64,000 nt of DNA. Source: Fimbriimonadia bacterium (GTDB taxonomy: Bacteria; Armatimonadota; Fimbriimonadia; Fimbriimonadales; JABRVX01). The position numbers were made by a program, and so were the translations under genes. The DNA is taken from assembly GCA_041483895.1 (NCBI GenBank), contig JBGPGO010000018.1, positions 1 to 64,000 of the forward strand, in the 5' to 3' direction. The notes beneath the pieces were generated by a model. The model was not told the origin of the DNA. It saw nothing but the letters and a program-made list of their open reading frames with translations, and made no database searches. Of the stretch, positions 28,487 to 39,587 are shown piece after piece (position 1 is the first letter of the stretch; every line of letters begins with the position of its first letter).

Positions 28487-29426
28487 CTACTTCACCTCTC
28501 AACGCATCGGCCAGCAACCGAACGTCATTCTCCGTAATCGGCGCGCGCGCGAACAGATCGGGGCGAACAGTTCGCGTCTCTAGGAGCTGCCTGGCGCGTC
28601 TCCATCGTTGGATATCGCCATGATGGCCTGACAATAATACCTCCGGGACGCGCCAATCGCAATACTCTTCCGGCCGAGTAAATTGCGGATAGCCCAAAAG
28701 TCCGTCCTCGAAGCTGTCCTGGGCAAGGGATTCTTCGTTCCCCAGTACTCCTGCCAGGAGTCGGGCGATGCCGTCGATGATGACGAGCGCCGGCACCTCC
28801 CCTCCGGACAGAACGTAATCTCCCAACGATATGACCTCGTCGGCGACGTGCTCTGCGATGCGATGGTCGGTTCCTTCGTAGTGCCCGCAGATGAGAATGA
28901 GCTGTTCCAGCCCGGCCCACCGCTTCAGGTCTGCCTGGGTCAGGAGCTTTCCTTGCGGTTCCAATAGGACGACCCGGATCGCGGCCCGCTCCGTCACTTG
29001 CGGCTCGAACACTTGCGACTCGGTCAGGAGACCGGTCGCATCTAGCGGGAGACCGGTCGCATCTGCGGCCGAGATCCCCTCCCCCGCTTGCGGGGGAGGG
29101 TTAGGGTGGGGGCTCTTCATCCCCTCTCCGACTTGCGACTCGGTCAGAAGACCGGTCGCATCTAGAGGGAGACCGATCGCATGCGGGGGGTGGGGGTCTT
29201 CCAAACACCTCCGGACCGCCGAAACGATCGGCTCGACCTTCATCACCATCCCCGCCCCGCCGCCGTACGGAACATCGTCCACCGTCCTGTGCTTATCGGA
29301 TGTAAACTCGCGCGGATCGGTGACTTCGATGGCCAGGACGCCAATCTCTTGCGCCCGCTTCACGATGCTGTACCGGACAGCATCGCGGACCAGTTGAGGA
29401 AAAATCGTTAGAATATCGATGCGCAT
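28473..29426 (-). CDS. trmD: tRNA (guanosine(37)-N1)-methyltransferase carrying an in-frame repeat insertion
   Basis: [51 protein letters not shown]; 317 aa. Confidence 0.95.
   Translation of the reverse strand: MRIDILTIFPQLVRDAVRYSIVKRAQEIGVLAIEVTDPREFTSDKHRTVDDVPYGGGAGMVMKVEPIVSAVRRCLEDPHPPHAIGLPLDATGLLTESQVGEGMKSPHPNPPPQAGEGISAADATGLPLDATGLLTESQVFEPQVTERAAIRVVLLEPQGKLLTQADLKRWAGLEQLILICGHYEGTDHRIAEHVADEVISLGDYVLSGGEVPALVIIDGIARLLAGVLGNEESLAQDSFEDGLLGYPQFTRPEEYCDWRVPEVLLSGHHGDIQRWRRARQLLETRTVRPDLFARAPITENDVRLLADALRGEVDEPR
29011..29200. repeat. Composite palindromic repeat inside trmD
   Basis: 52-bp direct repeat (29011-29062 and 29131-29182) around CCCCTCCCCCGCTTGCGGGGGAGGG; the same motifs occur intergenically at 41510-41715. 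Confidence 0.9.
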
Positions 29427-29518
29427 AGTCGTTCGCGATTGTGGCTTATTGGCCGAATTGACCGAAAGGATCAAATAGGATAAGCTAAGCCCAAACGCTG
29501 GCCCAAAAGGAGACATCC

Positions 29519-30460
29519 ATGAGAATCGCGGGCAGTATCGCAGACCTAATCGGCCACACCCCCCTTGTCCGCCTGAACCGGATCGGCAAAGGCCTTCCGG
29601 GCGATATTGTGCTCAAACTCGAATTCTTCAACCCCTTATCGAGCGTCAAGGATCGCATCGGCGTTTCGATGATCGACGCGGCGGAGCAGGCCGGAAAGAT
29701 CAACAAGGAAACGATTATTGTCGAACCGACGAGCGGCAACACCGGCATTGCGTTGGCGTTCGTCTGCGCGGTACGGGGATACAAGCTTCTCCTTACCATG
29801 CCGGAAACTATGTCCATAGAACGCCGCAACATGCTGAAGGCCCTCGGCGCAAAGTTGGAATTGACCCCTGGACCCGGTGGCATGCCGGCCGCGATCGAGC
29901 GCGCGATGGAGATAGGGAAGTCGGATCCGGATCGCTACTTCATGCCGCAACAGTTTCAGAACCCAGCCAATCCGGATATCCACCGCAAGACTACGGCAGA
30001 GGAGATTTGGAATGACACGGAAGGCAAGGCCGATATTCTGGTCTCCGGCATCGGTACCGGCGGGACGATTACCGGTGTCGGCCAAGTGATCAAGCAGCGG
30101 AAGTCCTCGTTCCAGTGCGTCGCGGTGGAGCCGGCCACGAGCGCGGTTCTTTCGGGCGAACCGAAGGGGCCGCATCCGATTATGGGGATCGGCGCCGGCT
30201 TCATTCCGGACATCTTGGACCGCGATGTGATTGACGAAATCGTCAAGGTCCCGACGGAAGGCGCGATCGAAATCACGCGCCGGCTTGCCCGGGAGGAGGG
30301 GATTCTGGCCGGGATTTCCAGCGGCGCGGCTCTATGGGCGGCATTAGAAGTCGCGCGGCGGCCTTCCAGTAGCGGCAAGATGATCGTCACGATCATCCCC
30401 AGCGGGGGCGAACGCTATCTGTCGACGCCGACCTACTCCGACCTCCCGGACGCCTGGTAG
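29519..30460 (+). CDS. cysK: Cysteine synthase A
   Basis: [40 protein letters not shown]. Confidence 0.96.
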   Translation: MRIAGSIADLIGHTPLVRLNRIGKGLPGDIVLKLEFFNPLSSVKDRIGVSMIDAAEQAGKINKETIIVEPTSGNTGIALAFVCAVRGYKLLLTMPETMSIERRNMLKALGAKLELTPGPGGMPAAIERAMEIGKSDPDRYFMPQQFQNPANPDIHRKTTAEEIWNDTEGKADILVSGIGTGGTITGVGQVIKQRKSSFQCVAVEPATSAVLSGEPKGPHPIMGIGAGFIPDILDRDVIDEIVKVPTEGAIEITRRLAREEGILAGISSGAALWAALEVARRPSSSGKMIVTIIPSGGERYLSTPTYSDLPDAW

Positions 30461-30996
30461 CGCCGCTCGAAGAACCGACAGACCAGCCACGCGCAGCCAA
30501 CTCCGAGCAGCGCCCCGCCAAGAACGTCGCCTGGGTAATGCAGGCCGCGATAAATGCGCGAATAACCGATCAGGGCGGCAACGATCCAGGCCGCCCAGCC
30601 AAATTTGGACCACCTCGTCTTGCGCGTCGCCCACCAGACGACGTAGGCCAGGGCGAAGGAAGTTGCCGCGTGGCCCGATGGGAAAGAATAGGCATAAATC
30701 AACTCGTCGGGCGCTTTGAAGCCCAGGTCCGGCGGGCGTGGGCGGTTCACCAATCGCTTGATGACCTGGTTCAGCCCGCCGCTCAGCGCATAGGACCAAA
30801 GACCGGGCCAGAACAGTTTTTGCGCGAACGATTGGCCCCACCATTTCCGATAACGAAATCGTCCAGCCACAATCACGGCGACCAAACCGATAGCCTGCAC
30901 CCAACCGAGTCCGAGACAGGTGATGAACCAAAAGACCCAAGTCAGCCACTCGGGATGCGGAACGTCGTTGAGGAGCCGAAACAGGTCAAGGTCCAT
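30433..30996 (-). CDS. PAP2 family phosphatase
   Basis: [26 protein letters not shown]. Confidence 0.93.
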   Translation of the reverse strand: MDLDLFRLLNDVPHPEWLTWVFWFITCLGLGWVQAIGLVAVIVAGRFRYRKWWGQSFAQKLFWPGLWSYALSGGLNQVIKRLVNRPRPPDLGFKAPDELIYAYSFPSGHAATSFALAYVVWWATRKTRWSKFGWAAWIVAALIGYSRIYRGLHYPGDVLGGALLGVGCAWLVCRFFERRYQASGRSE

Positions 30997-31063
30997 GCCA
31001 GCGAGTCTACACGGTTAAGTTACCAGGCGCGTTGCATTTCTAGATGGTCTATAATCCAGAGGA

Positions 31064-31393
31064 ATGAAGCGGCTTTTGTGTGAATGTGGCGAAAAAGTTG
31101 TGCGCAAGGACGTTGTGCAGCAGGAATACTTCGTCCGGCAGTTCGGGCCGAGCTTCGTTTACGTCAAATACCGGTGCCCACGCTGCAATCGGATGGGTGA
31201 GCAGTATGTGCGTCAGGAAGATTGGATGCCTGCCGCGTTGGAGACCGCCATCGTGACGGCTTTGGAAGCCGCAGTAGAACCCTATTTCCCCTCCCACGGT
31301 CCCATCACGGAGGATGAGCAGTCTTCGGTCCGCGACTTCTTGACCCGATCGAATCCGCTTGATAGCCTCAAGTTATTTTTCCACGAGAATTAG
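31064..31393 (+). CDS. Hypothetical protein with putative zinc ribbon
   Basis: CECG ... YRCPRC cysteine pairs; TATAAT at 31050-31055. Confidence 0.7.
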   Translation: MKRLLCECGEKVVRKDVVQQEYFVRQFGPSFVYVKYRCPRCNRMGEQYVRQEDWMPAALETAIVTALEAAVEPYFPSHGPITEDEQSSVRDFLTRSNPLDSLKLFFHEN

Positions 31394-31397
31394 CTGC

Positions 31398-31563
31398 GTA
31401 GGCGTGGGACAGCATTGAGACAACGCACCGAATCACCGATCCAAAGTCCCGCGTGGGAGGGTCGGAGTGTAGATGTCCCATTGTGTTGGTAATTCCACCG
31501 TGGTCAAACGCGGGCCTTGGGTATCGGCAATGCCACAGATTCGGCAGTCCGGCCCGCGTCTAC
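31398..31563. repeat. GTAG...CTAC REPIN-like element, copy 1
   Basis: 166 bp; two inverted arms; shares CCGCGTGGGAGGG and architecture with 58838-59002. Confidence 0.7.
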
Positions 31564-31582
31564 CGAAGTATTAAATGATAAT

Positions 31583-31607
31583 CCCTTCACAGTCGCACTG
31601 CGAAGGG
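31583..31607. terminator. Hairpin with CGC loop between convergent genes
   Basis: CCCTTCACAGT-CGC-ACTGCGAAGGG. Confidence 0.5.
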
Positions 31608-31628
31608 ACAACTACGAAATGCGGCGAT

Positions 31629-31955
31629 CTAGTTCAGATGCTTGCTCAGCGCGGAGGCGATGTCTTCCTTGCTCCGAGGACCGACGATCTGCTGCGCCAC
31701 CTGGCCGTTCTTGAAGATGAGCAAGGTCGGAATGCTCATGATGCCGTACTGCATACCCAGCTCGCGCTCAGCATCAACATCGACCTTTAGAACCTTGGCC
31801 TTGCCGGCAAACTCTTCCGCAACGGCGTCAACATACGGTGCGATTGCAAGACACGGGCCGCACCAGGTTGCCCAAAAATCTACCAGGACCGGAACGTCCG
31901 ACTTCAACACCTCTTGCTCAAAATTGCCCGTCGTCACGGCAGCTGCATTGCTCAA
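31629..31955 (-). CDS. trxA: Thioredoxin
   Basis: VDFWATWCGPC, SIPTL; TTG start after AAAGGAGG. Confidence 0.95.
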   Translation of the reverse strand: MSNAAAVTTGNFEQEVLKSDVPVLVDFWATWCGPCLAIAPYVDAVAEEFAGKAKVLKVDVDAERELGMQYGIMSIPTLLIFKNGQVAQQIVGPRSKEDIASALSKHLN

Positions 31956-32125
31956 TCTACGCCTCCTTTGAACGTGCGGCCCATTGTAGCCGCTATCTAA
32001 TCTACGTGTCGAGTCGGCCGCCTCTTCCCTCGCAGGCCGATAATAGGGATAATGGAACCGATTGGATCGCAACACGTCACTATTGGAAGACGAATTTCCA
32101 TGAGTCGGAGGAAGAGGCTTCAGGT

Positions 32126-32830
32126 ATGAGAACAAGAGCCATTGTAATAGCTATCACACTGGTCGCATTCGGCGCGCTGGGCACGGTCGGAGACGCCCAG
32201 AAGAAGAAGCCCGCTCGGCGGGACCCCGTGGAAACGGGCATGCTGGGTGTCAAGCTTCTGGATTCGCACACCGACGTTCTTCGCAAGTGGGGCAGCCCGA
32301 CGCGAATTGTGCCTGTCAAGATGACGGACCCGAGCCAGGAGGCCGCCGGTGGCGGCGGTAATCCGTTTGGCGGAGGCCCGCCCGGTATGCCGATGGGCGC
32401 CGGGGGCGGCGGAGTCGCTCCTCCCGTTGGCATGCGCGGCGGTGGCGGCGCTCCGGGAGGCCCAGGAGTTGCCGGCGGTGGCGGAGCCGGTGGGGCTGGG
32501 GGCGATCAGATCGAAGATATGACCACCAGCTTTACGCGTTGGGAATATGTCCGCGGCGCGGTCAATTTCGCATTCCTTATCGACGATCAAAACAAAGTGA
32601 TCCAGATCGATACGTTCGGACTAACCGGTCCCGGCCGCACTTCGACCGGCATCCGTCTCGGTTCCACCTTTGCCGACGTGATGAGGGTTTATCGCAATCC
32701 GGACGAGTATGTTTTCAAGAATGGCGTGATGCAGGTGAAGTTCTTGGCGAACAGCCACGTCGCGTTCCAATTCCGACAGATCAACGGCGTACAGCGCGTA
32801 GTTTTCATGACGGTTGCCATTGGGAAGTAA
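32126..32830 (+). CDS. Secreted hypothetical protein with Gly/Pro-rich linker
   Basis: Signal peptide MRTRAIVIAITLVAFGALG, Gly/Pro/Met low-complexity middle, two GxxL...V..xG.P-like segments. Confidence 0.7.
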   Translation: MRTRAIVIAITLVAFGALGTVGDAQKKKPARRDPVETGMLGVKLLDSHTDVLRKWGSPTRIVPVKMTDPSQEAAGGGGNPFGGGPPGMPMGAGGGGVAPPVGMRGGGGAPGGPGVAGGGGAGGAGGDQIEDMTTSFTRWEYVRGAVNFAFLIDDQNKVIQIDTFGLTGPGRTSTGIRLGSTFADVMRVYRNPDEYVFKNGVMQVKFLANSHVAFQFRQINGVQRVVFMTVAIGK

Positions 32831-32842
32831 ACTGACCATGTT

Positions 32843-34582
32843 ATGGCCAGGGACCCGCAGATTGAAGAGATACGCAGCCGACTAAACATCGTTGACATAA
32901 TCAGCGCTACCGTCCGGCTGAAAAAGGCGGGCAAGGATTGGAAGGGTTTATGTCCGTTTCACGACGACAAAAACCCTTCTTTCGCTGTCAGCCCATCGCT
33001 CCAACGCTATAACTGCTGGGCATGCGGCAAGTCCGGCGATATTTTCACCTTCGTACAAGAGACCGAGCATCTCGATTTCCCGCAGGCGTTGGAGAAGCTG
33101 GCCGGAATGGCGGGCGTCACGCTGCGCAAGGGTTTCGCCGGTCCCGCCCGGGAGACGGACGGCGTGCAGGCGAGCCTTGCCGAAGCGGTGGTCTTCTTCC
33201 GGGAACAGCTTTCCCGATCCCAGATGGCGCAGGAGTTTCTTGATAAACGGGGTGTTTCCAAGGATATGTCGGACCGATTCGCCATCGGCTTCGCGCCCAG
33301 TTTCGGCGACGCGTTGGCGACCACCCTTCTCAAGCGCGGCATGAAGCTGGAGGACGCGCGCCGGGCCGACGTGGTAAAGCCGGAAGGAAACGGATTCGCC
33401 GATCGGTTCCTTGGGCGCCTGATGTTCCCTATCAAAGATGTGCAGGGGCGGCTGGTCGGCTTTGGCGGTCGGGCGCTGGGGGACTCGCAGCCCAAGTATC
33501 TCAACACACAGGACACGGAGCTGTTCAAGAAGCGGCGGCTCCTGTATGGATTGGACCTTGCCAAGAGCACCATCGCGAGCGAAGGCTTTGCGATCTTGGT
33601 GGAAGGGTATTTGGATGTGGTCGCGTGTCATGCCGTCGGGTTGGCGAACGCGGTCGCCGCGCTCGGCACCGCGACATCGGAGGAACACGGCGGAATATTG
33701 AAGCGGTGGACGGATAAGGTGGTGGTGATGTTCGATGCGGACGATGCAGGCATTCGCGCGGCGCTGCGATCCGCCCGCATTTTGTCGGAAGGCGGATTGG
33801 AAGTTGCCATCGCCAAACTGCCGGCGGGCGAAGACCCCGATTCGTTGGTGAAGAGTGGAGGAGCGGTGCGGCTGCGACGGCTGGCCGAAGATGCCGTCTC
33901 TCCCATCGCCTTCGAGCTGGAGAACATGGAGACGCACCACGACCTAACAAAACCGGCGGGAGCGGAAGCTTATGTCAACCAGGCGATCACCGTGCTTGCC
34001 GCCGTAAAAAGTGAATTGGAGCGGGACAAGCATATCGAGCAGGTCGCGCGGCTCTTGCCCAGTTTCCATCTGGATCGCAAGCGCGCGGAATCTGTCGTGC
34101 GGACTGAGATATCGCGATTGACGCGTAAAGAGGCAAAGGCCACGGTGCGTATGGAGGGGCCGCCGAAGGCGAAGACTCTAGGCGCTGTGGACAAGGCGGA
34201 AATCGGCTTGATCCGCGCCGCGTGCGATCCGGAATGGGCGGGCGTCGCCTGGCCTTTTTTGGACCCGGAGCTGTGCATCAATCCGGAGCGGCGCGCGGTG
34301 GTTGAGGCGCTGCACGAGGCGTTTCTTTTCGGCCCGCCCGAAGGATCGGCGGCGGAGATTTTGGGAGAGGTCGAAGACGAGCAAGCATCGCAGACGCTCA
34401 CGGCAATTTTGATGATGGAATGGGAACCGCTCTCCGAGAAATACTTGGAGGACCTGCATTCTTACTTGGTTCGCATGGACAAGCGACGCCTGCAATCCGA
34501 GGCCGCCCGATCCTTTACAGAAGAAACCGCAAAAAGCGATCCCGCATGGCAGGAATACTGCAAACATCGTAGCGAACAGTAA
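32843..34582 (+). CDS. dnaG: DNA primase
   Basis: [11 protein letters not shown] zinc finger, GFGGR, KYLN, VEGYLDV, FDADDAG. Confidence 0.96.
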   Translation: MARDPQIEEIRSRLNIVDIISATVRLKKAGKDWKGLCPFHDDKNPSFAVSPSLQRYNCWACGKSGDIFTFVQETEHLDFPQALEKLAGMAGVTLRKGFAGPARETDGVQASLAEAVVFFREQLSRSQMAQEFLDKRGVSKDMSDRFAIGFAPSFGDALATTLLKRGMKLEDARRADVVKPEGNGFADRFLGRLMFPIKDVQGRLVGFGGRALGDSQPKYLNTQDTELFKKRRLLYGLDLAKSTIASEGFAILVEGYLDVVACHAVGLANAVAALGTATSEEHGGILKRWTDKVVVMFDADDAGIRAALRSARILSEGGLEVAIAKLPAGEDPDSLVKSGGAVRLRRLAEDAVSPIAFELENMETHHDLTKPAGAEAYVNQAITVLAAVKSELERDKHIEQVARLLPSFHLDRKRAESVVRTEISRLTRKEAKATVRMEGPPKAKTLGAVDKAEIGLIRAACDPEWAGVAWPFLDPELCINPERRAVVEALHEAFLFGPPEGSAAEILGEVEDEQASQTLTAILMMEWEPLSEKYLEDLHSYLVRMDKRRLQSEAARSFTEETAKSDPAWQEYCKHRSEQ

Positions 34583-34585
34583 TCT

Positions 34586-34676
34586 TGGAGGGACCCGGTT
34601 CCATCGGAATTTGGAGGGCTCCGTTCCATCGGAGCCGGGCTCGATGGTTTCGGCTCCGATGGAACGGAGCCCTCCA
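34586..34676. repeat. REP-like perfect 26-bp inverted repeat plus a degenerate third arm
   Basis: TGGAGGGCTCCGTTCCATCGGAGCCG (34612-34637) / CGGCTCCGATGGAACGGAGCCCTCCA (34651-34676); partial copy 34586-34608. Confidence 0.85.
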
Positions 34677-34701
34677 GGGAAAGTTAGGGGGCACAGACCC
34701 A

Positions 34702-35802
34702 TTGTCTGAATCTCTACAGGACAGACCCGAACTCAAACGGCTTCTGGAAGAAGGCAAGAATCGCGGCTTCATCACCGTCGATCAGCTCAACGCGCGCCTT
34801 ATGGAGCAAGACCTTGAGGTCCTGGATGAGATATTCGGCCTGTTCGAGCAGGAGAATGTACAGGTCCTGGATGAGGCCCCGGACAGAATCGTCGCGCAGA
34901 TTCGCGATATTCCCGAAGAAGCGGACCTGACCGGCGAGGACATCGCCGCCATCGAGGGTTCGGCGGTTGAAGACTCTGTACGAATGTGGTTGCGGCTCAT
35001 CGGCCGCGTTCCCCTTTTGCGATACGACCAGGAGCTGCGATTGGCGCACCTTATTGCCGAGGGGCACGAATGGGCGAAGTGGGCGCTGGTCGAGGCCAAT
35101 CTTCGGCTGGTGGTTTCCATTGCCAAAAGATTTACGGGCCGCGGGCTGGGTCTTCCCGATCTGATTCAAGAAGGCAACATCGGGCTGATCAAGGCTGTTG
35201 ACAAGTTCGATCCGGACAAGGGTTTCCGATTTAGCACGTACGCGACATGGTGGATTCGCCAGGCCATTTCGCGCGGCATCGCCGATCATGGACGGACGAT
35301 TCGGATCCCGGTGCACATGGTGGAAACGATCAGCCGTCTGGTGAAGGCTACCAGCAAACTGGTGCAGCAGTTTGGACGCGAGCCGACGCTGGATGAGATC
35401 GGGATCGAGTTGGGCGTGCCGGTGGAGCGGGTCAGCGAGCTGCTGCGGATCGCGCCGGAACCGATGTCGTTGGAGACGCCTGTCGGCGAGGATGATTCCA
35501 GCCATTTGGCCGACTTCCTGATGGATCAGACCACGAAATCCGCGGACGATATGGCGACCCGCATGGCGTTGCGCGAGCGGATCGACAAGGCGCTTGCGTC
35601 ACTCACGGATCGGGAGCGGTCGGTGATTGGGTTGCGCTATGGGCTGCTGGACGGGAACGCCTATACGCTGGAAGATGTGGGTCAGATCCTGGACGTGACG
35701 CGGGAGCGGGTGCGGCAGATCGAGCAGAAGGCCCTCCGCAAGCTGCGGCAACCCAAACACAGCCGGAATTTGAGAGAGATTGTGGACGATTCGTCGGCTT
35801 AA
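34702..35802 (+). CDS. rpoD: Primary sigma factor RpoD/SigA
   Basis: [47 protein letters not shown] start inferred. Confidence 0.95.
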   Translation: MSESLQDRPELKRLLEEGKNRGFITVDQLNARLMEQDLEVLDEIFGLFEQENVQVLDEAPDRIVAQIRDIPEEADLTGEDIAAIEGSAVEDSVRMWLRLIGRVPLLRYDQELRLAHLIAEGHEWAKWALVEANLRLVVSIAKRFTGRGLGLPDLIQEGNIGLIKAVDKFDPDKGFRFSTYATWWIRQAISRGIADHGRTIRIPVHMVETISRLVKATSKLVQQFGREPTLDEIGIELGVPVERVSELLRIAPEPMSLETPVGEDDSSHLADFLMDQTTKSADDMATRMALRERIDKALASLTDRERSVIGLRYGLLDGNAYTLEDVGQILDVTRERVRQIEQKALRKLRQPKHSRNLREIVDDSSA

Positions 35803-35813
35803 CGCTCGCCGAC

Positions 35814-35842
35814 TTGACAGACCAGCTACACCTTGTTACAAT
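35814..35842 (+). promoter_or_regulatory. Near-consensus sigma70 promoter, probably leaderless
   Basis: TTGACA-17 bp-(TGt)TACAAT, 6 nt before ATG 35849. Confidence 0.75.
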
Positions 35843-35848
35843 GGTAAT

Positions 35849-37411
35849 ATGATGAAGAGGTTTGTAGGTTTCCTCGCGCTCGTCTCCGCCGCTCAATGCT
35901 GTGCATCAGATCGTCTGGCCCAATCCCCTTATCCGTGCCAATATGGTCCCGACTTCAACTCTATGATATCGCTTCACCTGACCGTATCAATGCCGACGAT
36001 CGCCACTTGGAACACGGGCTTTCCGATCAGCTTCTGTGACGAAGAAGGAAACTACTACGGCACGAGGTTCCACGACTCGCCTCTTGGCCTGATCAAGCGT
36101 GATCCGGCTGGGAACATTCTTTGGAGCCAACCCAACATTGAGCCGTTTTTGGTGCAGCAAGACGGCTCCGCTATCGGCTTTATGGGGAACCGGACGTCTC
36201 TTGTCCTAATTGACCCGAACGGGAACATAATCAAGACGGTACCGGCAGACTATCAGGCGGCTGGTTACCATGCGCCGATCGCGCATCGAGACGGTGGAGT
36301 TACCACTGGCAAGGATCGTTGGGATAATGAGCTTATTCTACTTTACAGTCGGCCGGAAGAACGCATCATGGACACGCAAGGAAATGTCTGGATTCTCATT
36401 CATGAAAACGGATATGTATACGTCGGCAGACTGGACGATGCGGGAAATGAAGTGGAAAGAATTAAGGTCGGTGACTACACGAGTCAGGAAACAAGACTTG
36501 TCACTGGTATCGATCTTAAGAAGAATCTGTATGTCAGTAGAGACCATGCAACCGTTCTTAGCCCGGATGGTCAGGTATTGTTTCAGTATCTGAACGGAAC
36601 CTACCCTTCTCGGTTCACTTTGGTAAGCGACGGCCTCTCGATTTTTGAACGATATGAGTACCCGTACTGGTACGACATCGGCCTCACACCGAATTTTCAG
36701 CAATTGGACTTGGCAGGAGGTTACTGGGACCCGGACTACCCCCAGGGCTCATCTGTGTCCAAATTCGATGGCTCGGGGAATGTACTCTTGTATTTCACGC
36801 ACCATTCCACGTTCGGTACATCTTGGACGGAGACCTATCGAGCACAATCGGGCGAGATGGGAATATCCGTAGGTACTGGGGCCGGTCCTGACTATCGTCG
36901 GTATGCTAGCCGATTTGTTCCGCATCCCGACGGTTGGATGATAGCTTCAGAAGAACTTGTGCGCGATGGCGGCGTTTTTGACAACACATACTTTTATGCG
37001 CCGCCGGAAGGGTTTATCGCTCATGCAGATCTGAAAGACGGAAATGGTGGCGTTGCGGGAATTCAGTATAGATACGTTGTCGCCGTTGCAGCGGGGGACA
37101 CGGTAACAGCCCGGCGGATCACTGTGGCCGGCCAATCGAATTGGAAATTCTACACTGCGCCGGGAAACTATCGCGTGCTGGTCTCAAGTCCGTTCACCTT
37201 AACGGAAGTCGTATATCAAAACGTCTCGACCGGCTTTCCAGACGTTTATGTGTTGCTCCCTGCCGGCGACATCGTGCGCGATAATCAAATCAACATCTAC
37301 GATTTGAACGCGGAATTCATGGATCCGATCGATTTGAACAACGATGGCGAGATCACTTCAGCCGATATCCTAATCATCTTCAGGAACTTCGGCCTCCGGG
37401 GAGACGAATAG
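35849..37411 (+). CDS. Secreted beta-propeller-like protein with C-terminal dockerin-like domain
   Basis: Signal peptide; D..GN repeats; GDIVRDNQINIYDL...DLNNDGEITSADILII. Confidence 0.7.
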   Translation: MMKRFVGFLALVSAAQCCASDRLAQSPYPCQYGPDFNSMISLHLTVSMPTIATWNTGFPISFCDEEGNYYGTRFHDSPLGLIKRDPAGNILWSQPNIEPFLVQQDGSAIGFMGNRTSLVLIDPNGNIIKTVPADYQAAGYHAPIAHRDGGVTTGKDRWDNELILLYSRPEERIMDTQGNVWILIHENGYVYVGRLDDAGNEVERIKVGDYTSQETRLVTGIDLKKNLYVSRDHATVLSPDGQVLFQYLNGTYPSRFTLVSDGLSIFERYEYPYWYDIGLTPNFQQLDLAGGYWDPDYPQGSSVSKFDGSGNVLLYFTHHSTFGTSWTETYRAQSGEMGISVGTGAGPDYRRYASRFVPHPDGWMIASEELVRDGGVFDNTYFYAPPEGFIAHADLKDGNGGVAGIQYRYVVAVAAGDTVTARRITVAGQSNWKFYTAPGNYRVLVSSPFTLTEVVYQNVSTGFPDVYVLLPAGDIVRDNQINIYDLNAEFMDPIDLNNDGEITSADILIIFRNFGLRGDE

Positions 37412-37424
37412 CGGCAACATAAAG

Positions 37425-39299
37425 TCAGTTCGTGCCGTGGACGAAGCCGTAGAGGCGGACTTCCAGCGGCGCGAGGGTGAGGTCCACCTTGCCCGCCGCG
37501 AACTGTTTGCCGGCGGGGAGGACCGGCTGACCAATCTTGTACGCCTCTGGTACCGTGAAGCTGGTCTTTACTTCCTTATCGCTCGGGTTTACGACAAGAA
37601 CGTAATAGCTGTTATTCCATTCCCACGCCCGCGACGCCAAATCAGCGACCTTCAACTCCACCGATTTGCCACCGAGGACCAGCGGGATCACATGCTTAAG
37701 GTCCGAGCACAGTTGCGTCACACTGCCCCAGTTGCGCATGAAGTCCGGCTTCGCCTTTAGGTTGTAGTAGGAGTACATCATCAGCCCATTGGAACCGCTC
37801 GCCACCGACAGGAACGCCATCGCGCGCATCTCCTGTTCGGTCGGGCCGCGCATGTTGGAGCCGGGCTGATAATCGCCCTTATTATGGATCTGGACCGCAG
37901 ACCATATCGGCTTGCCGGTGAGGGTTGCGCCTGCGATCCAGTCGGAGACCAGCGTGATCGGGTTCGTCGGCACCGGGTAGGGATCGACGCCGATCACGTC
38001 CGCCGCCTTTACATATTCGTAGGCCGACACCGGCTGGTTGGTGATCGCGAAGCAGGGATGATCGGGATCAATGCTGGTTATAAGGTCGTAATTCTTTTGC
38101 AGCTCGCCGACGCGGTCCGGCCCGGCCTCGTCGCTCATGTACCATGCGAGAACCGCCGGATTACTCTTGATCGCCTCCACCACGCCCTTGAGAATCTCCG
38201 TCCGATCGGTCCATTGGTCGAATTTCTTGGGGCAATACTTCTCCCAGGGATACAGGTCCTTGAGCGACGGGATCACTTTGAGTCCCACGCTGTCCGCCGC
38301 GCTCAGATATTTCTTCAGATCCGCTACGCTGCCGGTGAGGAAGCCGTAGGGGATGACGCAGTTGAAGCCCGCGTCCGCCATTTCTTGCAGCCGTTTCTGG
38401 GTCTCGCCCTCTTTCCAACCCATGCTGTCGTACACGCCGAGCGGGAAGAATGGCTCGCCGCGGACGACGAGAACATGGCCGTTGAACCGGCTGATTTTGG
38501 AGACGGGTCCGCCGGCCGTGAGAGTGTCTTCGAACTTTCCGCGAACCTTGCCTTCCGGGCTTTTCCAAACCGCCTTGAACTGATACTTCCCTTCCGGCAG
38601 TTCTTCGACCGGGAGCTGGAGATTCCATAGATTGACCGGTACCGTGAAGGTCTTGGTGAACAGCTTTCCTTGGCCTTCGAGTGTTGCTGTTACGGTTGCC
38701 CCCTGTTCCAATCCGTCTTTGGGGAGGCGGGCGGCAAAGAGCAGCGACTTTTCGCCATCCAGCCGGTTGCGGAACCAAGGCTTTAGCAGCGTGACGGACC
38801 AATCGGTCTTTTGCACGGGGATGACGGTGACATCATCGAACCAGGCCTCGCCGGTGCAGCCTTTGCGCGCGTAGCAGATCAACCTTGCCGTCGTCGCGTT
38901 CGGTGGGCAGACGGAGCTGAAACCACTCACCAAGGTCCAATCCGCCGTGCCGCAAAGCCCCTTGGGATAGGAGCCGCCGAGGAACTTGCCGTCCTTGTCG
39001 TGCCACTGAAGGGCGATGGTGGCGCCGCCGTCGTCCGGGCCGGCGATATCCTTCGCCTTGATATAGACCGAGAACTGGTAGGCGGTATCGCGCTGGGTCG
39101 GGATATCTTGGGTTGCGAGCAGATAGAGGCTTGCCGCACTGTTTTTGTAATGGAGACTACCACGGCCTGAATGCGCGACCGATCCGTCGAAGGCATAGAC
39201 CGGGCCGAGCGCCTGCCACGGTCCAATGCCGTCAAAGCTAGGATTCTTGGCTAGGTTCTGAGTTTGGAAGCTGGCGATAAGGATGAGGATTGATATCAT
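37425..39299 (-). CDS. Secreted glycoside-hydrolase-like protein with N-terminal CBM4-like domain
   Basis: NLAKNPSFD..AWFDDV CBM-like domain; GEPFFPLGVY, AGFNCV, NPAVLAWYMSDE TIM-barrel motifs. Confidence 0.7.
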   Translation of the reverse strand: MISILILIASFQTQNLAKNPSFDGIGPWQALGPVYAFDGSVAHSGRGSLHYKNSAASLYLLATQDIPTQRDTAYQFSVYIKAKDIAGPDDGGATIALQWHDKDGKFLGGSYPKGLCGTADWTLVSGFSSVCPPNATTARLICYARKGCTGEAWFDDVTVIPVQKTDWSVTLLKPWFRNRLDGEKSLLFAARLPKDGLEQGATVTATLEGQGKLFTKTFTVPVNLWNLQLPVEELPEGKYQFKAVWKSPEGKVRGKFEDTLTAGGPVSKISRFNGHVLVVRGEPFFPLGVYDSMGWKEGETQKRLQEMADAGFNCVIPYGFLTGSVADLKKYLSAADSVGLKVIPSLKDLYPWEKYCPKKFDQWTDRTEILKGVVEAIKSNPAVLAWYMSDEAGPDRVGELQKNYDLITSIDPDHPCFAITNQPVSAYEYVKAADVIGVDPYPVPTNPITLVSDWIAGATLTGKPIWSAVQIHNKGDYQPGSNMRGPTEQEMRAMAFLSVASGSNGLMMYSYYNLKAKPDFMRNWGSVTQLCSDLKHVIPLVLGGKSVELKVADLASRAWEWNNSYYVLVVNPSDKEVKTSFTVPEAYKIGQPVLPAGKQFAAGKVDLTLAPLEVRLYGFVHGTN

Positions 39300-39438
39300 T
39301 TCGGCTCCAGAATTGGCGGATTACTATTATTTTCGGGTGATTCGGGCCCGCACATGGATACGAATTCGGAGGGCAACTTCTATCCCGGTCGGGGAGACCT
39401 TTGCTCTGCGATAATTTGTCGTCCTTGCTGGACGAAGG

Positions 39439-39528
39439 GTCATTCTGAGCCTGTCGAAGAATCTCTTTCAGAACGTTGCAAGCATGCGAAGGCTCCCGAA
39501 AGAGATTCTTCGACAGGCTCAGAATGAC
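39439..39528. repeat. Perfect 31-bp inverted repeat (GTCATTCTGAGC...GCTCAGAATGAC type)
   Basis: GTCATTCTGAGCCTGTCGAAGAATCTCTTTC and its exact reverse complement at 39498-39528. Confidence 0.9.
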
Positions 39529-39587
39529 TTTTTGCCGTGCGCTCGGGATGACCCTTTGTCGGGCGCTCAGCAATACGAATCAGGAAA

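Noticed and set aside
31398..31563. 6S or SRP RNA
   Set aside because: No SRP GGAA-loop motif; related copies elsewhere in the window point to a dispersed repeat.
32036..32043. Sigma28 promoter (GCCGATAA)
   Set aside because: No TAAA-like -35 element at the expected 15-bp spacing.
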